From Octopus sinensis (lineage: Eukaryota): DNA of 64,000 nucleotides. The stretch covers positions 50,468,001 to 50,532,000 of the forward strand of contig NC_043002.1 of the NCBI RefSeq assembly GCF_006345805.1, in the 5' to 3' direction. Both the position numbers and the translations under genes were made by a program. This document shows positions 40,561 through 54,342 of this stretch, one piece after another. Numbering within the stretch: position 1 is the stretch's first letter; every line of letters begins with the position of its first letter. The notes beneath the pieces were generated by a model. That model was not told the DNA's origin. It worked only from the letters and a program-made list of their open reading frames with translations, and did not search any database.

Positions 40561-40615
40561 AAAAATTATTATTATTATTATTATTGTTGTTGTTGTTGTT
40601 GTTGTTATTATTATT

Positions 40616-41177
40616 GAGTGAGAGAGCAGTGCATGCCATCAAAGTGACACTGGGGTAAAATATACGAAGCCCAGTATACCCATCATGACTACACATCTGA
40701 TAAGGGTATACCAGGCACATACATGCATCACAACCATATGTGCGCGACATAGCGATCTCATATCAAGATAAACAGCACATGACCTTGCAGGTGGGGCCCA
40801 GCTAGAATTTTCTTCTGGTCGAGTAACCCATCCCACTCAAAAGGTCCCTGTATAAGGGTTGTTTATGGATGTTGAACGAAACACCCATGTTTCTAGAGGT
40901 GAATTATTCAAACCCCAAAGAGTCCCTCTCAACACATGACTATGATGTTCCACCACTACTTCTGCCCGTGATCAGAGATGCATATGACGTCAGCAACTAA
41001 GGGACACGCTCAACTGGTTAAGGTCAAACAACTGACAAGCAAATCTGTGGTATTGAGCAGAATATTTGCTGTAGCCCATCTTTTATACCAAGACAAAACA
41101 ATGTACATGATAACACTTCCAATCAGTTAAGATCAGAAGTCATGAGAGCCACTGGCTGGTACTCCATCAGAGCATTT
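40616..41177. mobile_element. ~560-bp non-coding element embedded in (TTA)n/(ATC)n tracts
   Basis: Complex, GC-richer island with sharp boundaries at trinucleotide tracts on both sides; no credible ORF; on the minus strand it ends in (AAT)n. Confidence 0.55.
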
Positions 41178-41180
41178 ATT

Positions 41181-41314
<134 letters not shown>

Positions 41315-41387
41315 CATCATCATCATTATTATTATTATTATTATTATTATCATCATCATCATTATTATTATTATTGTTGTTATTGTT

Positions 41388-41418
<31 letters not shown>

Positions 41419-41449
41419 ATATCATCTAAATACTATTGATAAATATACG

Positions 41450-41878
41450 ATTGGCTAGCAATTTCGAGGGAGTGTGTCAGTGGATTACATCGACCACAGC
41501 ACTCAACTGAAAATTATTGTATCGATCTTGAAGGGATGAAAGGCAATGTCGACCTCAGCGGAATTTGAACTCAGAATGTAAAGAGAGACGAAATGCCGGT
41601 AAGCATTTTGCAAGGTTTGCTAACGATTCTGCCAGCTCACCGGTTTAATTTTAATTAATGTATTGGTTTCAAATTTTAGCACATGGCCAGCAATTTCAGG
41701 AAAGAAGATAAGTTGATTACATCGATTCCAGTGTTTCACTAGTACTTATTTTATCGACCCCGAGAAGATGAAAGGCAAAGTCGACCTTGGCGGAATTTCA
41801 GCTCAGGATCTAAAGACAGACGAAATGTTGCTAAGCATCTTGTCCGGTGTGTTAACGATTCTTCCAGCTAGCTGCCTT
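41450..41878 (-). mobile_element. Two SINE family C copies
   Basis: Two successive GAAAGGCAA.GTCGACCT...GGAATTT copies. Confidence 0.8.
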
Positions 41879-41919
41879 AATATAAATAAATATATTAAAA
41901 TATATCATTTAAAACACGA

Positions 41920-42172
41920 GGACCCACGGTGAGAGTCTGAGCAATCCATATACACGTGTACCCTTAACATAGTTCTCTAGCATATTCAGCATAACACAGA
42001 GTGTGACAAGGCTGGCTCTTTGAAATACAGGTACCACTCATTTTGTCAGCTGAGTGGGCTGGAGCAAAGTGAAGTAAAGTGTGTTGCTCAAGGACACAAC
42101 GCATCGCCGGGAATTGAATTCCTGATTTTGCGATCATGAGCCGAGTGCCTTAACCACTAAGACACCCGCTTT
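41920..42172 (-). mobile_element. SINE, family A-like
   Basis: Minus strand has a TTAGTGGTTAAGGCACTCGG head, B box, and a GTGTCCTTGAGCAA.ACACTT core. Confidence 0.75.
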
Positions 42173-42427
42173 CATTTAAAATATATATCAGAAATGAATC
42201 ACACTGATTTGGTAACTTTTTCTGACAACTAGGAACGTGATTGATGCACCGTCTCTTTTCCTTTGTTCTCCCTTGATTAATTTGGTACATATTCCTGACA
42301 TTTGTTCGAACCAGATTGATCTGGTAGTCATTTTTGTCAACTAATGGAATTGAACAGAAACGAGGTAGACTAATAGCTCCTTACCAGTGAATCAGCTGCG
42401 CATCTACAGTAGATCTACACTGTATTC

Positions 42428-42645
42428 TTTTATTCTTTTGTTTGTTTCAGTCATTTGACCGCGGCCATGCTGGAGCACTGCTTTTAGTCGAGCAAATCGG
42501 CCCCAGAACTTATTCTTTGTGAGTCTAGTACTTATTCTATCAGTCTCCGAACCGCTAAGTTACGGTGACGTAAACACACCAGCATCGGTTGTCAAGGGAT
42601 GTTGTGGGGGGGGACACAAACACACAAACATATAAGCACACACGC

Positions 42646-42726
<81 letters not shown>

Positions 42727-42865
42727 CGAAGGGTTTCTTTCAGATTCCGTCTACCAAATCCACTCACAAGGCTTTGGTCGGCTCGAGGCTCTAGTAGAAG
42801 ACACTTGCCCACGATGCCACACAGTGGGACTGAACCCGGAACCATATAGTTGGTAAGCAAGCTTC
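42428..42865 (-). mobile_element. SINE family B, near full length
   Basis: Family B consensus present along its length, including the internal CA repeat. Confidence 0.88.
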
Positions 42866-43261
42866 TGTGTTTAAACTAATATCCGCTGAACCAAAATGGT
42901 CACACTACGATTATAACAGCGTGAATTGAACTGGATTTGACCAAAATAAAAATTATTTGGAAAATAAAACGACAAAACTAATCAACATAAAAATAAAGCA
43001 AAAATAATTCAGTTTTGGCTTCAGTCCACGAATTTTGGTTGAAGTGTGTAGAAGAAGCTGCCATCGAATAGTTCTAATTGCAACAAAACAGGTTATTTTC
43101 AGGCGAAAAGCACCAGATGGTATTTGCAAAATTTTACCGCTAAAATTAAATTTTGTCGTTGTCGCTAGTTTTAGATGGTGAGGTAGCGGCTATTGTAAGT
43201 GGAAATTGAATAAACACTGTCAGATGTGTAAAATGCACACACGCACAAACATACTTAAGCA

Positions 43262-43311
<50 letters not shown>

Positions 43312-43449
43312 CACGCACATACACACATACTCACTACACATACATTCATTATATATATATATACATACATACATATATATCTGCATATGTATGTATATAT
43401 ATATATATATATTATATATATACACACACGTAATATGTAATATAGGTAT

Positions 43450-43769
43450 ATATGTATACGCAGACAAATATATATATATACCGTGCATTTACGTATAGAT
43501 ATATATAACATTATAAATGTATATATATCTATCTATCTAACTATATACATGTATGCCTATATCTGTATAATATATATATATATTATATATATATATATAT
43601 ATATAATATATATATATATATATACACACACGTACATATGTATATATAGTATATATGTATACGCAGACAAATATATATACCGTGCATTTACGTATATATA
43701 TATATAACATTATAAATGTCTATATATCTATCTATCTAACTATATACATGGATGCATATATATGTATAT

Positions 43770-43770
<1 letters not shown>
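43450..43770. repeat. Local ~205-bp tandem duplication of low-complexity DNA
   Basis: GTATACGCAGACAAATATA...CCGTGCATTTACGTATA...CTAACTATATACATG occurs twice. Confidence 0.8.
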
Positions 43771-43818
<48 letters not shown>

Positions 43819-44639
43819 CATACATGTATGCATAGATATATGTGTATATATGTAAACATATATATATATATGAATATATATATACATATATATATGTAGA
43901 TATATAATTATATATGTATATATATATATATAATATGAATATAATATACATATATATATGTAGATATATAATTATATATATTATATTATATTGTATATAT
44001 ATATGAATAGATAGATAGATAGAGTGACAGATAAATCGGTAGACGTGCACATACATGGATACATATATAGAAGCGCGCATACACAACACACACATACACA
44101 TATATTCTTGTGTGTGTGTGTATGCTAGTATAGACAATAATAAATCTCCAGTAATGATAAAACCGACATGTCTACATGTTATTATTTTATCTATTTATCT
44201 ATTGATCTATTTCTAGATTTTTATGAGTGTAATTATCAGTAATATGCTTAGGTGTGTGTTTATGAATATCCACATACGTGCATACATATATTCATATGTA
44301 GATTTATGGGCATGTATATAGACTGAAAAATACATACACCACATACACACACACACATATATATATAAGTTCATATGTAAGTGTGTGCACGTATACATGT
44401 ATGTATGTAACTTAATGTCAGGTCACTTGTGAACGCTACTGGTAACATGTGATCCAGTACAACCTGTTGCATGATCAGCTTGTCGGCGACTAAATTGGGC
44501 TACTCCACTAGGCTTGCTTAGTGAGAGAGTGATTGGACACCCTGCAGGCAGGACGACAGATGAAATCACTGAAGTCAACGGCCATTCAGTACTGTGTACT
44601 TAAGCTTGGTCCTGGCATTTCTCATAGGTAGTGGTAGTT

Positions 44640-45450
44640 CCTGCAACAATCATGAATCATCTGGTGAGTTTGATGCAGAAAACGCAGTGGTTGTGCAAAG
44701 AGTTGATGCGTTTTGAGCAATGGGCAGCCACAACAGCAGAAAACTATGAGCATGAGAATGTAGGCGAGGATCATCATCACTTTTCTCTAATCTTTTAAGG
44801 TTCGCGTAAAGAAAAGTCATGTCTCCTCTGCAGACACTTTTGAAACGAAATGTGGCCGACCCTGTGTTCTTTTGTTGGAGGCACATGACCAAGCCAGAGA
44901 AGGCGTCGTTGTAATAGCATGAGGAGTTTGGGGATTTGCCAAAAATCCAGGACTTCATTGTTAGTGACTCGGTCAGAGCACTTGATGTTCAGAATCTGTC
45001 TCAGGTTGTGTAGGTAGAGGTCGTTGAAATCCCACTCTTGTCTGGGGTGGATGGATGCTCCAGGTTTCGCTACTATGAAGCGGTGTGCTGAGATCGCAAG
45101 TTCTGTTGACTGCAACCTCGGTGTGAGCCGTTAGCTTATTTTCTCCAAGTCTAGTGTTGAGGCTACCCTTTCAACACGCCTGTTGGTCTCAGACGTGTGA
45201 GGGAAGATGTCCGTGATGACGGAACCGAGTTATGTGGGCTCATAGCTGGCAATTGCTGATAGCAATGGTAGGTGAGTGCTCGTCGTGCTTTACTATAACA
45301 CCAAAGAAGATGCCAAAGAGGATGTGTGCAATCACACAACCCTGATTCAACCCACTGGAAATATCGAAGAATTCCAACCAAGAGTAATCAAACTGAATGA
45401 TGTCTTTCATCCTTGTGTCTGTGTGGAATAAGTGAGAAACCGTGAGTAAC
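44640..45450 (-). pseudogene. Decayed RTE-clade LINE reverse transcriptase fragment
   Basis: SSGLNQGCVIAHILFGIFFG (QGCVLAP motif) and LRQILNIKCSDRVTNNEVL...LQRRLLWLGHV. Confidence 0.8.
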
Positions 45451-45473
45451 GTCGGATGGCGTCCAATATATAC

Positions 45474-45499
<26 letters not shown>

Positions 45500-45504
<5 letters not shown>

Positions 45505-47527
45505 ATGTAAGAAATTAAAGAAGAAAAAGGCACACATTTTATATAGTTTTAATATAATTTTTAATATATCTTGTATTGTGTTTGTCGACCGGTTTCGCTT
45601 TTGCTATTCATGACATTAAAATTTATTTAAATGCGTATTTTCTTAAGAAGAATTTTTTTGTTCATGTTGTGTGTGAAGTTTATGACTGAATGATTCAACA
45701 AGTAGAAGAATCTAAGGCGTTATTATTATTATTGTAGACAGGGGAAATAATTGTTCAGACTCGAGTAGTTGGGAGAAATATGTACAGTGACGGGTATGTA
45801 ATCGGGAGTTAAAATATGTAAAGAGATCAAAGTTGGTTATGCGTGCATATTTAGAGGGACACAGAATCCTATAAAAACCTAATATTATCCATTCTAGAAA
45901 GCGATGCCTTCTATGAAAAAGTTGTAAACTATAAACAACGGAAAACAATGAAAAAATCTCGCATCCTTAATACTTCTATATGGAAAGGGCCCGACAGAAA
46001 AAGAAACAGACTGCATCACGAACTTCAAATGTAAGCCTAATCTTTTTAACAGCCTTCCTAAAACACACAAGAGCAAGATAATTAGATATGCTAGAGCACC
46101 TACTAAAAACAATTAATGAAAAGGCATTATTGGTTTCTTTCGATGTTATTAATCTTTACACCAATATTCCACATGACTATAGAATAAAGCAATCAAATTC
46201 TGGTTGGAATGTACCCCGAGATACTCCCGGAACGCAAAAATCAGATCTTTATAAGTGAACCTTTAAAATTTATAGTTCAGAACAATTATTTCCTATTGAT
46301 GACACCTACTACCCTCAGAAATGTGGAATTGCGATGGGAACGAAAGCAGCCCCTGTTCTTGTAAACCTGATAATGGATTATTTTGAATTCACCATACATG
46401 AAGTGTCACTTAAAAAATATGGTTATCTATTTCACCATTACATGAGAGAAAGCTGGAAAGATACATGGATGACTGTTTTATCATTTAGAAGGAGACCATT
46501 GACAAACTTTTGGATTTCAAATCATCACTAAATGATATAAATAGTAACATTCAATTCACAATGGAACATAGCAAAGAACAGCTCCCAATTCTGGATATTA
46601 TGATAAAAAAGAAGTCAACAAACAAATTATAACTGATATCTATCATAAACCAACGGACTCGAAACAATATCTCCTCCTTAGCTCATGCCACCCCCACAAA
46701 AAAAAATCAAAATAAATATCCCTTTAATTTGGCAAAACAGATTTGCACAATAGTGTCTGATAGAACTATTTGGGACCTCCGTCTTAAAGACCTCAAAACA
46801 ACACTAACTGAAATACAATATCCACTCTTACTTATAGACGAAGGAATTAAGTTTGCCAAGAAATTAGACATAAAAACACTCAGGACAACAAAACATAACA
46901 CCACACCTCATCTGAAAACGCTACTGTATATATCAACTCACAACCCAAGAAACAATGAGGCATACAACACTATCGTGTAAAATCTCCCTTTACTAACTAG
47001 AGACCCAAAAATGAACAACATCAAATGAAAAAGCAATACAAATCGCTAAAGAGACTTCTAACAAATGCGAAGCTTACACAACAACCACAAAACCAACGTT
47101 TAAAAAATGTGGGCGCCGAAACTGTGGAACATGCCCCAACCTACTTGAAGGCTCGGATTACTTTTTTCAAACAAGGAGAGAGATTCACAATGAAAACCGA
47201 CTTCACCTGTGCCTCTGAGAACCCAATTTATGTAATAATCTGTTCGGGTTGTGGACATCCCTATATAGGACAGACAAGTATGACATTGAGACGGAGAACC
47301 ACTCTACATAAAGAGCAGATCTGGTTCCCGCAATACAGACAAATTCCTTTAAGTGAACACAGAGAGAAATGTGCAGGTAACATCAAACCAAATTTCACAG
47401 TTTTCCCTTTCTACCAGTGCAAAGATACAATTTCTTTAAATGAACGTTTAAATGAAGAAAACTTTTTCATCGAAAAATACAGAACACGTCTAAATATGCA
47501 CGCATAACCAAATTTGATCTCTTTACA
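45500..47527 (+). mobile_element. Penelope-like element: inverted 5' pseudo-LTR plus decayed RT and GIY-YIG endonuclease
   Basis: SFDVINLYTNIP, GIAMGTKAAPVLVNL, YMDD, QFTMEHS, TDIYHKPTD, HP, CGRRNCGTC, NPIYVIIC..C...YIGQT. 45817-45854 is an inverted copy of 47490-47527 (37/38 identical). Confidence 0.9.
45583..45615 (-). ncRNA. Minimal type I hammerhead with an A3-U8 variant core
   Basis: TGTC-ATGAATA-GC AAAA GC-GAAA-C CG G-TC-GACA; stem I 4 bp, palindromic ACCGGT stem III, GUC triplet. Confidence 0.65.
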
Positions 47528-48501
47528 GGAAAGAAAGTTTGTTTTACGTTTCGAAGTCTGGGGAAAATCGCCAACAATCCAATTGTAGTTACATTTTGAA
47601 AATGTATATATATATATATATATATATTTACGCAGGTACAAACCTATACACACACACACACGCATACAATATCCTACACAGCTAAAATGATCCTCGTGAA
47701 GATATGTTGCTTCCAAATCTGGGGTGATGTTTTTCACACAAATTGATATCTTAGTCACATCCAGAAAAAAGTCACTCGAATACTGACTTAAAACCATTCT
47801 CTGACTTGTTCCAGTCACTGGCACACACATGTGCTGTATCGTCCCCAGGTTTTTCCTTCTTTTACTCTAATTATGTCCACTGTTCCTCGGAGCCAGCTGA
47901 TTGCGAGTTACTTCGCCTCAGATGCTCTCAACCCGCTCGTTTCTCTTCCTTTCTGCCTCGATGATTTTGCATACGACTGCACGGACTCTGCACTATCCAT
48001 TACTTTCTGTACTCCCACCCAAGAACATCGGTCATCTCGAGACTCTCCTTCCGGCCGATGTCAACTTGCAAATTTAAGCGGAATATTAATAGTTATAGTC
48101 TCACTAGCATCGGAAAACTTGCGAAATCCTATATGCACATGCTTCTACCTTTATATTCAGCAACCTACCTACCTACCTACCTACCTACCTACATAAATAC
48201 ATAGACACGCTAATATATCCATATAAGCATAAACTTTTATGTATATAAATTTATTTCTAATAGTATATGAGAATTATCTATTAAGTAAATATTTGTATCT
48301 TTCATATTACCACACATGCATATGCATATGCATGTGTACACACAATCATGCAAATATACATTTGCATCAACAACATCAACCAACACACAAATACATAGTC
48401 ACACATACACACGTGTACATATTTATATACATATATTAACATATGTATCCATCACACACACATACACACACACAAACAACACACACACAACTATATATAT
48501 A

Positions 48502-48550
<49 letters not shown>

Positions 48551-49409
48551 ATATACCTCATGTACGCATATATGGAAACACGTGCCTTATATGCACACGT
48601 ACATACACACATAGACGCACTGGCTCACACACAACGCAACGCTCACACATATGTCAGCGAGGACGCTTACACACCATGCACGCACATTTCTTCCTCTTGG
48701 CTGCTTCATAAACTTAAATCTGCCGCTGCCGCCATGAAATAAAACTCATTTATATGAACATTAGTCGATATGTTAATTTTCACAAATAATTACTTTTGAT
48801 ATCTTAACCAATTCGAAAAGTCTTTAATCCAGAGTTAACAATAACTCAGCAATCGACTTAAGCTCACCTCAGTCACTGAACCAAACGTGAGCCTAGACTA
48901 CGATACCAAGTTAACTGCAAGGGCCATAACTGTTCCTAAACATGAATGTGGAAGAGAAAGTGAGCTTTACATTAGCATTAATGTCATACCTTTTAGCTAT
49001 ATTGTTGACATCCTCGAAGAAGTGGGCCGGAAAAACTTAACAGAATCTACGAATCATATTATGAGAACTCTCCACTGCGCTTTCATTTGCGATATAACGG
49101 AATCGTATCACGTGCTAACGTGCGTTGCTGTTATTGTCATTGTTTTTACAGTGCCGTTGCTGTAGCACTTTGCTGTTGTTGTGTAGCTCCCATGTCAGCC
49201 CCGGTTGTGCAAGCCGATAATCTCCTTCCCCTATGATGCCCCCTCCTCAACTTCGCCTTTCCTCTTTTCAGTATTGATAAAAGTAAATACCCGTCGATCA
49301 CTGGGGTCGATGTAATCGACTTACCCCGTTCCCCGAAATATTTGGCCTTGCGCCAAAATTTGAAATCATTATAATTATTTTTACTAGAGGCATATTAGCA
49401 TAGGCTGTA

Positions 49410-49643
49410 GGCGCGTGTCCTAGTAGTTAGACTGTTGCACTCACGATCGCTAGATCGTGGGTTCGATTGCCTGAGTAGACGGTGTGTTGTGTTCTTGTGC
49501 AAACCACTTGTTCTAGTTCCCGCTTTCTATCAGGGGGGATCGCTTACTCAGCGGGGTGGCGTCATTTGAAGGCTAAAACAATGCAAATGTGCATTGTGAC
49601 CAGCAATGTGTGACAACATCTAATCCCTATAAGTCACGTGATC
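49410..49643 (+). mobile_element. Degraded SINE (tRNA head with family D tail)
   Basis: A and B boxes followed by GCGGGGTGGCGTCATTTGAAGGCTAAAAC...GTCACGTGATC. Confidence 0.65.
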
Positions 49644-49799
49644 CTTATAGGCATACCGCCTTAAATTTTAGGGGAAGGGATTAGTGAACCCCAGCACTGT
49701 ATTGTTACTTATTTTAATCTATAGAACCCGAAAGGCTATAAAGCTAAGTCGACCTCGGCAGCAGTTGAAACTTGGCGACAGTATAACAGAGCTATAGTT

Positions 49800-50357
49800 A
49801 TATTCTTATATTCTTTTACTTGTTCCAGTGATTTAACTGCGCCCATGCTGGAACACCGCTTTGAAGGGTTTTAAACGAACAAATCAACCCCAGGACTTAC
49901 TTTTTAAGCCCAGCACATATTCTATCGGTGTATTTTGCGTAACCGCAAACATATAAAATAGAATACACATAAGAACACACACACACGTAAAATATACTTA
50001 CATACATACATACATATATAGGAGTGGCTGTGTGGTAAGAAGCTTGCTTTCCAACTTCATGGTCCCGGGTTCAGTCCCACTGCGTGGCACCATAGGCAAG
50101 TGTCTTCTTTTATAGCCTCGAGCCGACCAAAGCTTTGTGAGTGGATTTGGTTGACGGAAACTGAAAGAAGCTCGTCGTATATATATGTGTGTCTTTGTTT
50201 GTCCCCACCACCATCGCTTGACCACTGATGTTGGCGTGTTTACGTCTCCGTATTTTAGCGGTTCGGTTAAAGAGACCGATAGAATAAGTACTAGACTTAC
50301 GAAGAATAAATCCTAGGGTCGATTTGTTCGACTAAATGACTGAAACAAGTAAAAGAA
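49800..50357. mobile_element. Inverted pair of SINE family B copies (49800-49950 minus; 50020-50357 plus)
   Basis: The plus copy has the head GGAGTGGCTGTGTGGTAAG and B box GGTTCAGTCCC; the minus copy is a 3' half. Confidence 0.85.
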
Positions 50358-50361
50358 TATG

Positions 50362-50437
<76 letters not shown>

Positions 50438-50483
50438 CATATATAATATATATATATACATATATATATATATCTATACTATC

Positions 50484-50523
<40 letters not shown>

Positions 50524-50617
50524 TCTATATATCTATATATATATATAATATATATATATATATATTATATACATATATATATACATATATATATACCATA
50601 AATTATATATATACACC

Positions 50618-50649
<32 letters not shown>

Positions 50650-50651
50650 AT

Positions 50652-51333
50652 AAACAATTGTCCCAAAATAATCTGTATTTTTGTTATTTTTTATTTGCCC
50701 TGTTCGTGTGAGCTAACAATCGTACTGACTTTCATGGGAAACATGTATTTTTGTGGTTGAAACCTATTGGATCTATTACTAGTGCTAGAGTGAGCCACAT
50801 AGTGATCACTCTCTTATTATAATATGTTATAAAATATTATAATAATCCAGGTTTCTCGGGGCACTGGGCCACTTGGTGTTGAATAGGTATACTATTAAAT
50901 TAGTATCTAATTCTCTCACCCTTATTAATTAATTATAATTATGCTGCATTTATTTCTAAATGTAGTATCTGTTTTCCGTGAAAGTTTGGCGCGCTGTTGG
51001 TAGGGGCATTTGAATTATAACGTCGGATGTAATCAATTGAACCACACGTGTATTTATCGTTATGGGTAAATCTGGCGTGTGATTGAGTGGATTTCATCCA
51101 GATAGTTTTGGCTGAGGAGCTACAAGTGAGTTATTGTGAGTAAAATTACATTTAATTCATTAAAGCGAAACAATTGTCCCAAAATAATCTGTATTTTTGT
51201 TATTTTTTTATTGCCCTGTTCGTGTGAGCTAACAATCGTACTGACTTTCATGGGAAACATGTATTTTTGTGGTTGAAACCTATTGGATCTATTACTAGTG
51301 CTAGAGTGAGCCACATAGTGACCACTCTCTTAT
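50652..51333 (+). mobile_element. ORF-less 516-bp unit with a 166-bp terminal direct repeat (pseudo-LTR / retrozyme-like)
   Basis: 50652-50817 repeats almost identically at 51168-51333; (TA)n to the left and a TA-rich tract to the right; a hammerhead spans the junction. Confidence 0.8.
51101..51189 (+). ncRNA. Type I hammerhead ribozyme (canonical core)
   Basis: Stem I GATAGTTTTGG/CCAAAATAATC; core CTGAGGA 51112-51118; stem II GCT/AGC with a structured insert; GAAA 51167-51170; C-AATT-G; GUC triplet, predicted cut after 51178. Confidence 0.8.
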
Positions 51334-51839
51334 ATTTATTATTTTATTTATATATATATATATATGTACGACGGTCTTCTTTCATTTCCCGTCTACTAAA
51401 TCCACTCACTAGGATTTGGTCGGCCCGTGGCTATAGAAGAAGATACTTGTCCACGTAGTGGGACTGAACCTGAAACCATGTGGCTAGGATGCAAGCTTCT
51501 TACTATGCGGCCACAAATGCGGCTATGTGGATTTCATTTATTTATTATTGTTTGTATGTGTATGTGTGTGTGTGCGGTTATCTATTGTTTTCATTTTGAC
51601 CCTATGGAGTAGATTTACGACCAAAAGCGTTCCATCTATGACCATATCGTCTTTTATTCAGACAGCTTTATAGCTAGATCGACATTTTCCCCTTATTTTT
51701 CTAGTACGATCCAGGGGAGATTTACTTACTAGTTCTAGCAGGTCAAATGATCTCGTATAGGCTTCCTCATTAGATCCTATTTAATTGGTTAGGTCTGTAT
51801 GTGTGCGTGCATACATACGGTGTGTGTCAGTGAGAGAGA

Positions 51840-51878
<39 letters not shown>

Positions 51879-52014
51879 GTAGAAGAGTGTGAATGTGTGT
51901 ATTTATGCATGTGATCCTATATGCATACATGTATGTGTTTGATTCTTTCGTTTCTTGTACGTAAGTATACACAAGTGAAAACAAATGTATGAATGAATAT
52001 AGATATGCGTATAT

Positions 52015-52047
<33 letters not shown>

Positions 52048-52107
52048 CGTGCGTGCGTGTATGTGGGCGTGCTTGCGTGCCTCTGAATATGTATATATGT
52101 GGTGTGC

Positions 52108-52204
<97 letters not shown>

Positions 52205-52285
52205 CCTACCTACCTACCTACCTACCTACCTATCTATCTATCTATTTATCTATCCATCCATCCATCCATCTATCTATCTATCTAT

Positions 52286-52586
52286 GGTCTTTTCCGTAGG
52301 CTTTTCCTTCCACGGGTAAACCTCACCTGTCCTCCCCTTTACACTTCATATTGACATTTCTGTGATTACGATCCCTATTGATCAACTTTTTTTTTCCTCT
52401 CCCCTTTTCTTTTTTTTCCCTCTCCCACACTATTTTTAAAATCCTCCCCTTTTTTTGTCCTCTTTCTTTCCTTTTACGATCCCTTTTGATCGAAAACCAA
52501 CCCCCCTTTTTTTTTACCCCTAAAAGAAAAGCTCTACCTTGTAATTTGTTCTGTCTGTGTGCAGCCCTGTGTGGCTAATAAAGAAA
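52286..52586 (+). mobile_element. TATC-associated LINE-like 3' end, copy 3
   Basis: Same terminus as copies 1 and 2; (TATC)n/(TGTC)n on both sides. Confidence 0.65.
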
Positions 52587-52610
52587 CATATCTATATATC
52601 TATCTATCTA

Positions 52611-52677
<67 letters not shown>

Positions 52678-53031
52678 GCCTGTCTGTCTTGCTAGCTAAC
52701 TAGCTAAGTATTCATTTATTTATTCACCTGGTTGAGTATCTTGCATGGTATCTGAGTTTATATTAGTATGATTGTGTCAGCTTAATTCTGTGTGTTTGCA
52801 TTTATACACGCGCGCGTGCGTCTGAGTGTTTGCGCGTGCGTGTGCGCGCATGTATACGAAATTGCAATATATACATGTATTTATAGTGACATTGCGCAGA
52901 GCGAGTATGCGCACATGCAATACAATAAAATGTACGTGTACATTAGTTTATATGTATGTGCTTGTGTAACTGCGTTGCTTGTATATGTATGTATGAACAC
53001 ATATATTTATATATGTATATCTGTATGTGTG

Positions 53032-53064
<33 letters not shown>

Positions 53065-53234
53065 ATATATATTATATATATATTTATGTATATATATATT
53101 ATATATATATATATATATTATATATATATATTATATATATGTGTGTGTGTATATATATTGTATGTATGTATGTATATATATATTATATACTTATATACTT
53201 ATATATATATATATATATAATATACTGCATATAT

Positions 53235-53284
<50 letters not shown>

Positions 53285-53372
53285 ATGTATATGTATATAT
53301 ATATATATATCCGTATTTTTGTTTGTGTGAAAGCAAACCTATGTATCGTAGCGTGTGCCGGTATCGAATGCG

Positions 53373-53412
<40 letters not shown>

Positions 53413-54342
53413 CGCGCACGCGTGTATGTTTGAATGTATGTTGTTTGTAAGTGCGTGAGTGTATATGGATACTCTGGCTTTTATGTCGATTGACAATTCC
53501 ATCGTATGTATTGAATTGAATCCCTTGAGGATATCATATAAAGCTATCCGAATTATTACGTGTTGTATTCGATTTAAGAAGTTAATTACTCAGATTAACG
53601 AAAATTCCAGAAATATTTCCTTCCATTTTGTGTTGGAGTCGCTGAGTTTACCGTAATTTTTAATGGACCATTTATTGTGATGGTTTTCATTAAGTTCTAC
53701 CAAACCCCGCGGGCAGACGACATTTCTCAATAATTTTCTATTTGTAAGGCAGTTTATGTAATCACATTCTGTTCGTGAATTGTTGTTCTTGGTGATTCAA
53801 GTTGTGGTTAATATATTTTATGAACAGAAGAGAAGCAACATGAAGGACTGTAATAAGTCTATATAGTTTCGCTTTAATTCTCACTCGTTGATATAATCTG
53901 AAAGAATTAGTAGCTTTGCAGTACAGCGGTAACATTTAATGAAATGGTAATTATTTTCCCACGGAATTGGATAGGAGAGAATTAAAAACACTTGGGTTCG
54001 AATGTGATCATGTGAGTAATGGTTAATAAATAGCATACACTTAAAGTTATCGCTAAATTACTTGACATTGGTAATTTCTCCGAAGAAGTGGTTATAAATG
54101 TTTTGTCATTCACTGACCCCATTTGTCGAAGGGCGCTTTGCTAACGTCTCCTTCACACGTTTTTGAAATAAAAAGTATCGTATCTTCCAGTTTATAAGGA
54201 ACATTCTTGCATAAGACAAAGCCCTTTTTTTCAGGCGTAAAACTATATTTTATAAAAGCAAAAAGGAAACAGATTTGATATGTTTCATCAGACACTCATT
54301 CAATAGGCAAGCATTAAACGTCTTGGAATTTTTGTTATATTT

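Noticed and set aside
50980-51020. E2F (TTTGGCGCGC) + CHR (TTTGAA) cell-cycle promoter
   Set aside because: It lies inside the 516-bp mobile unit, with no associated gene evidence.
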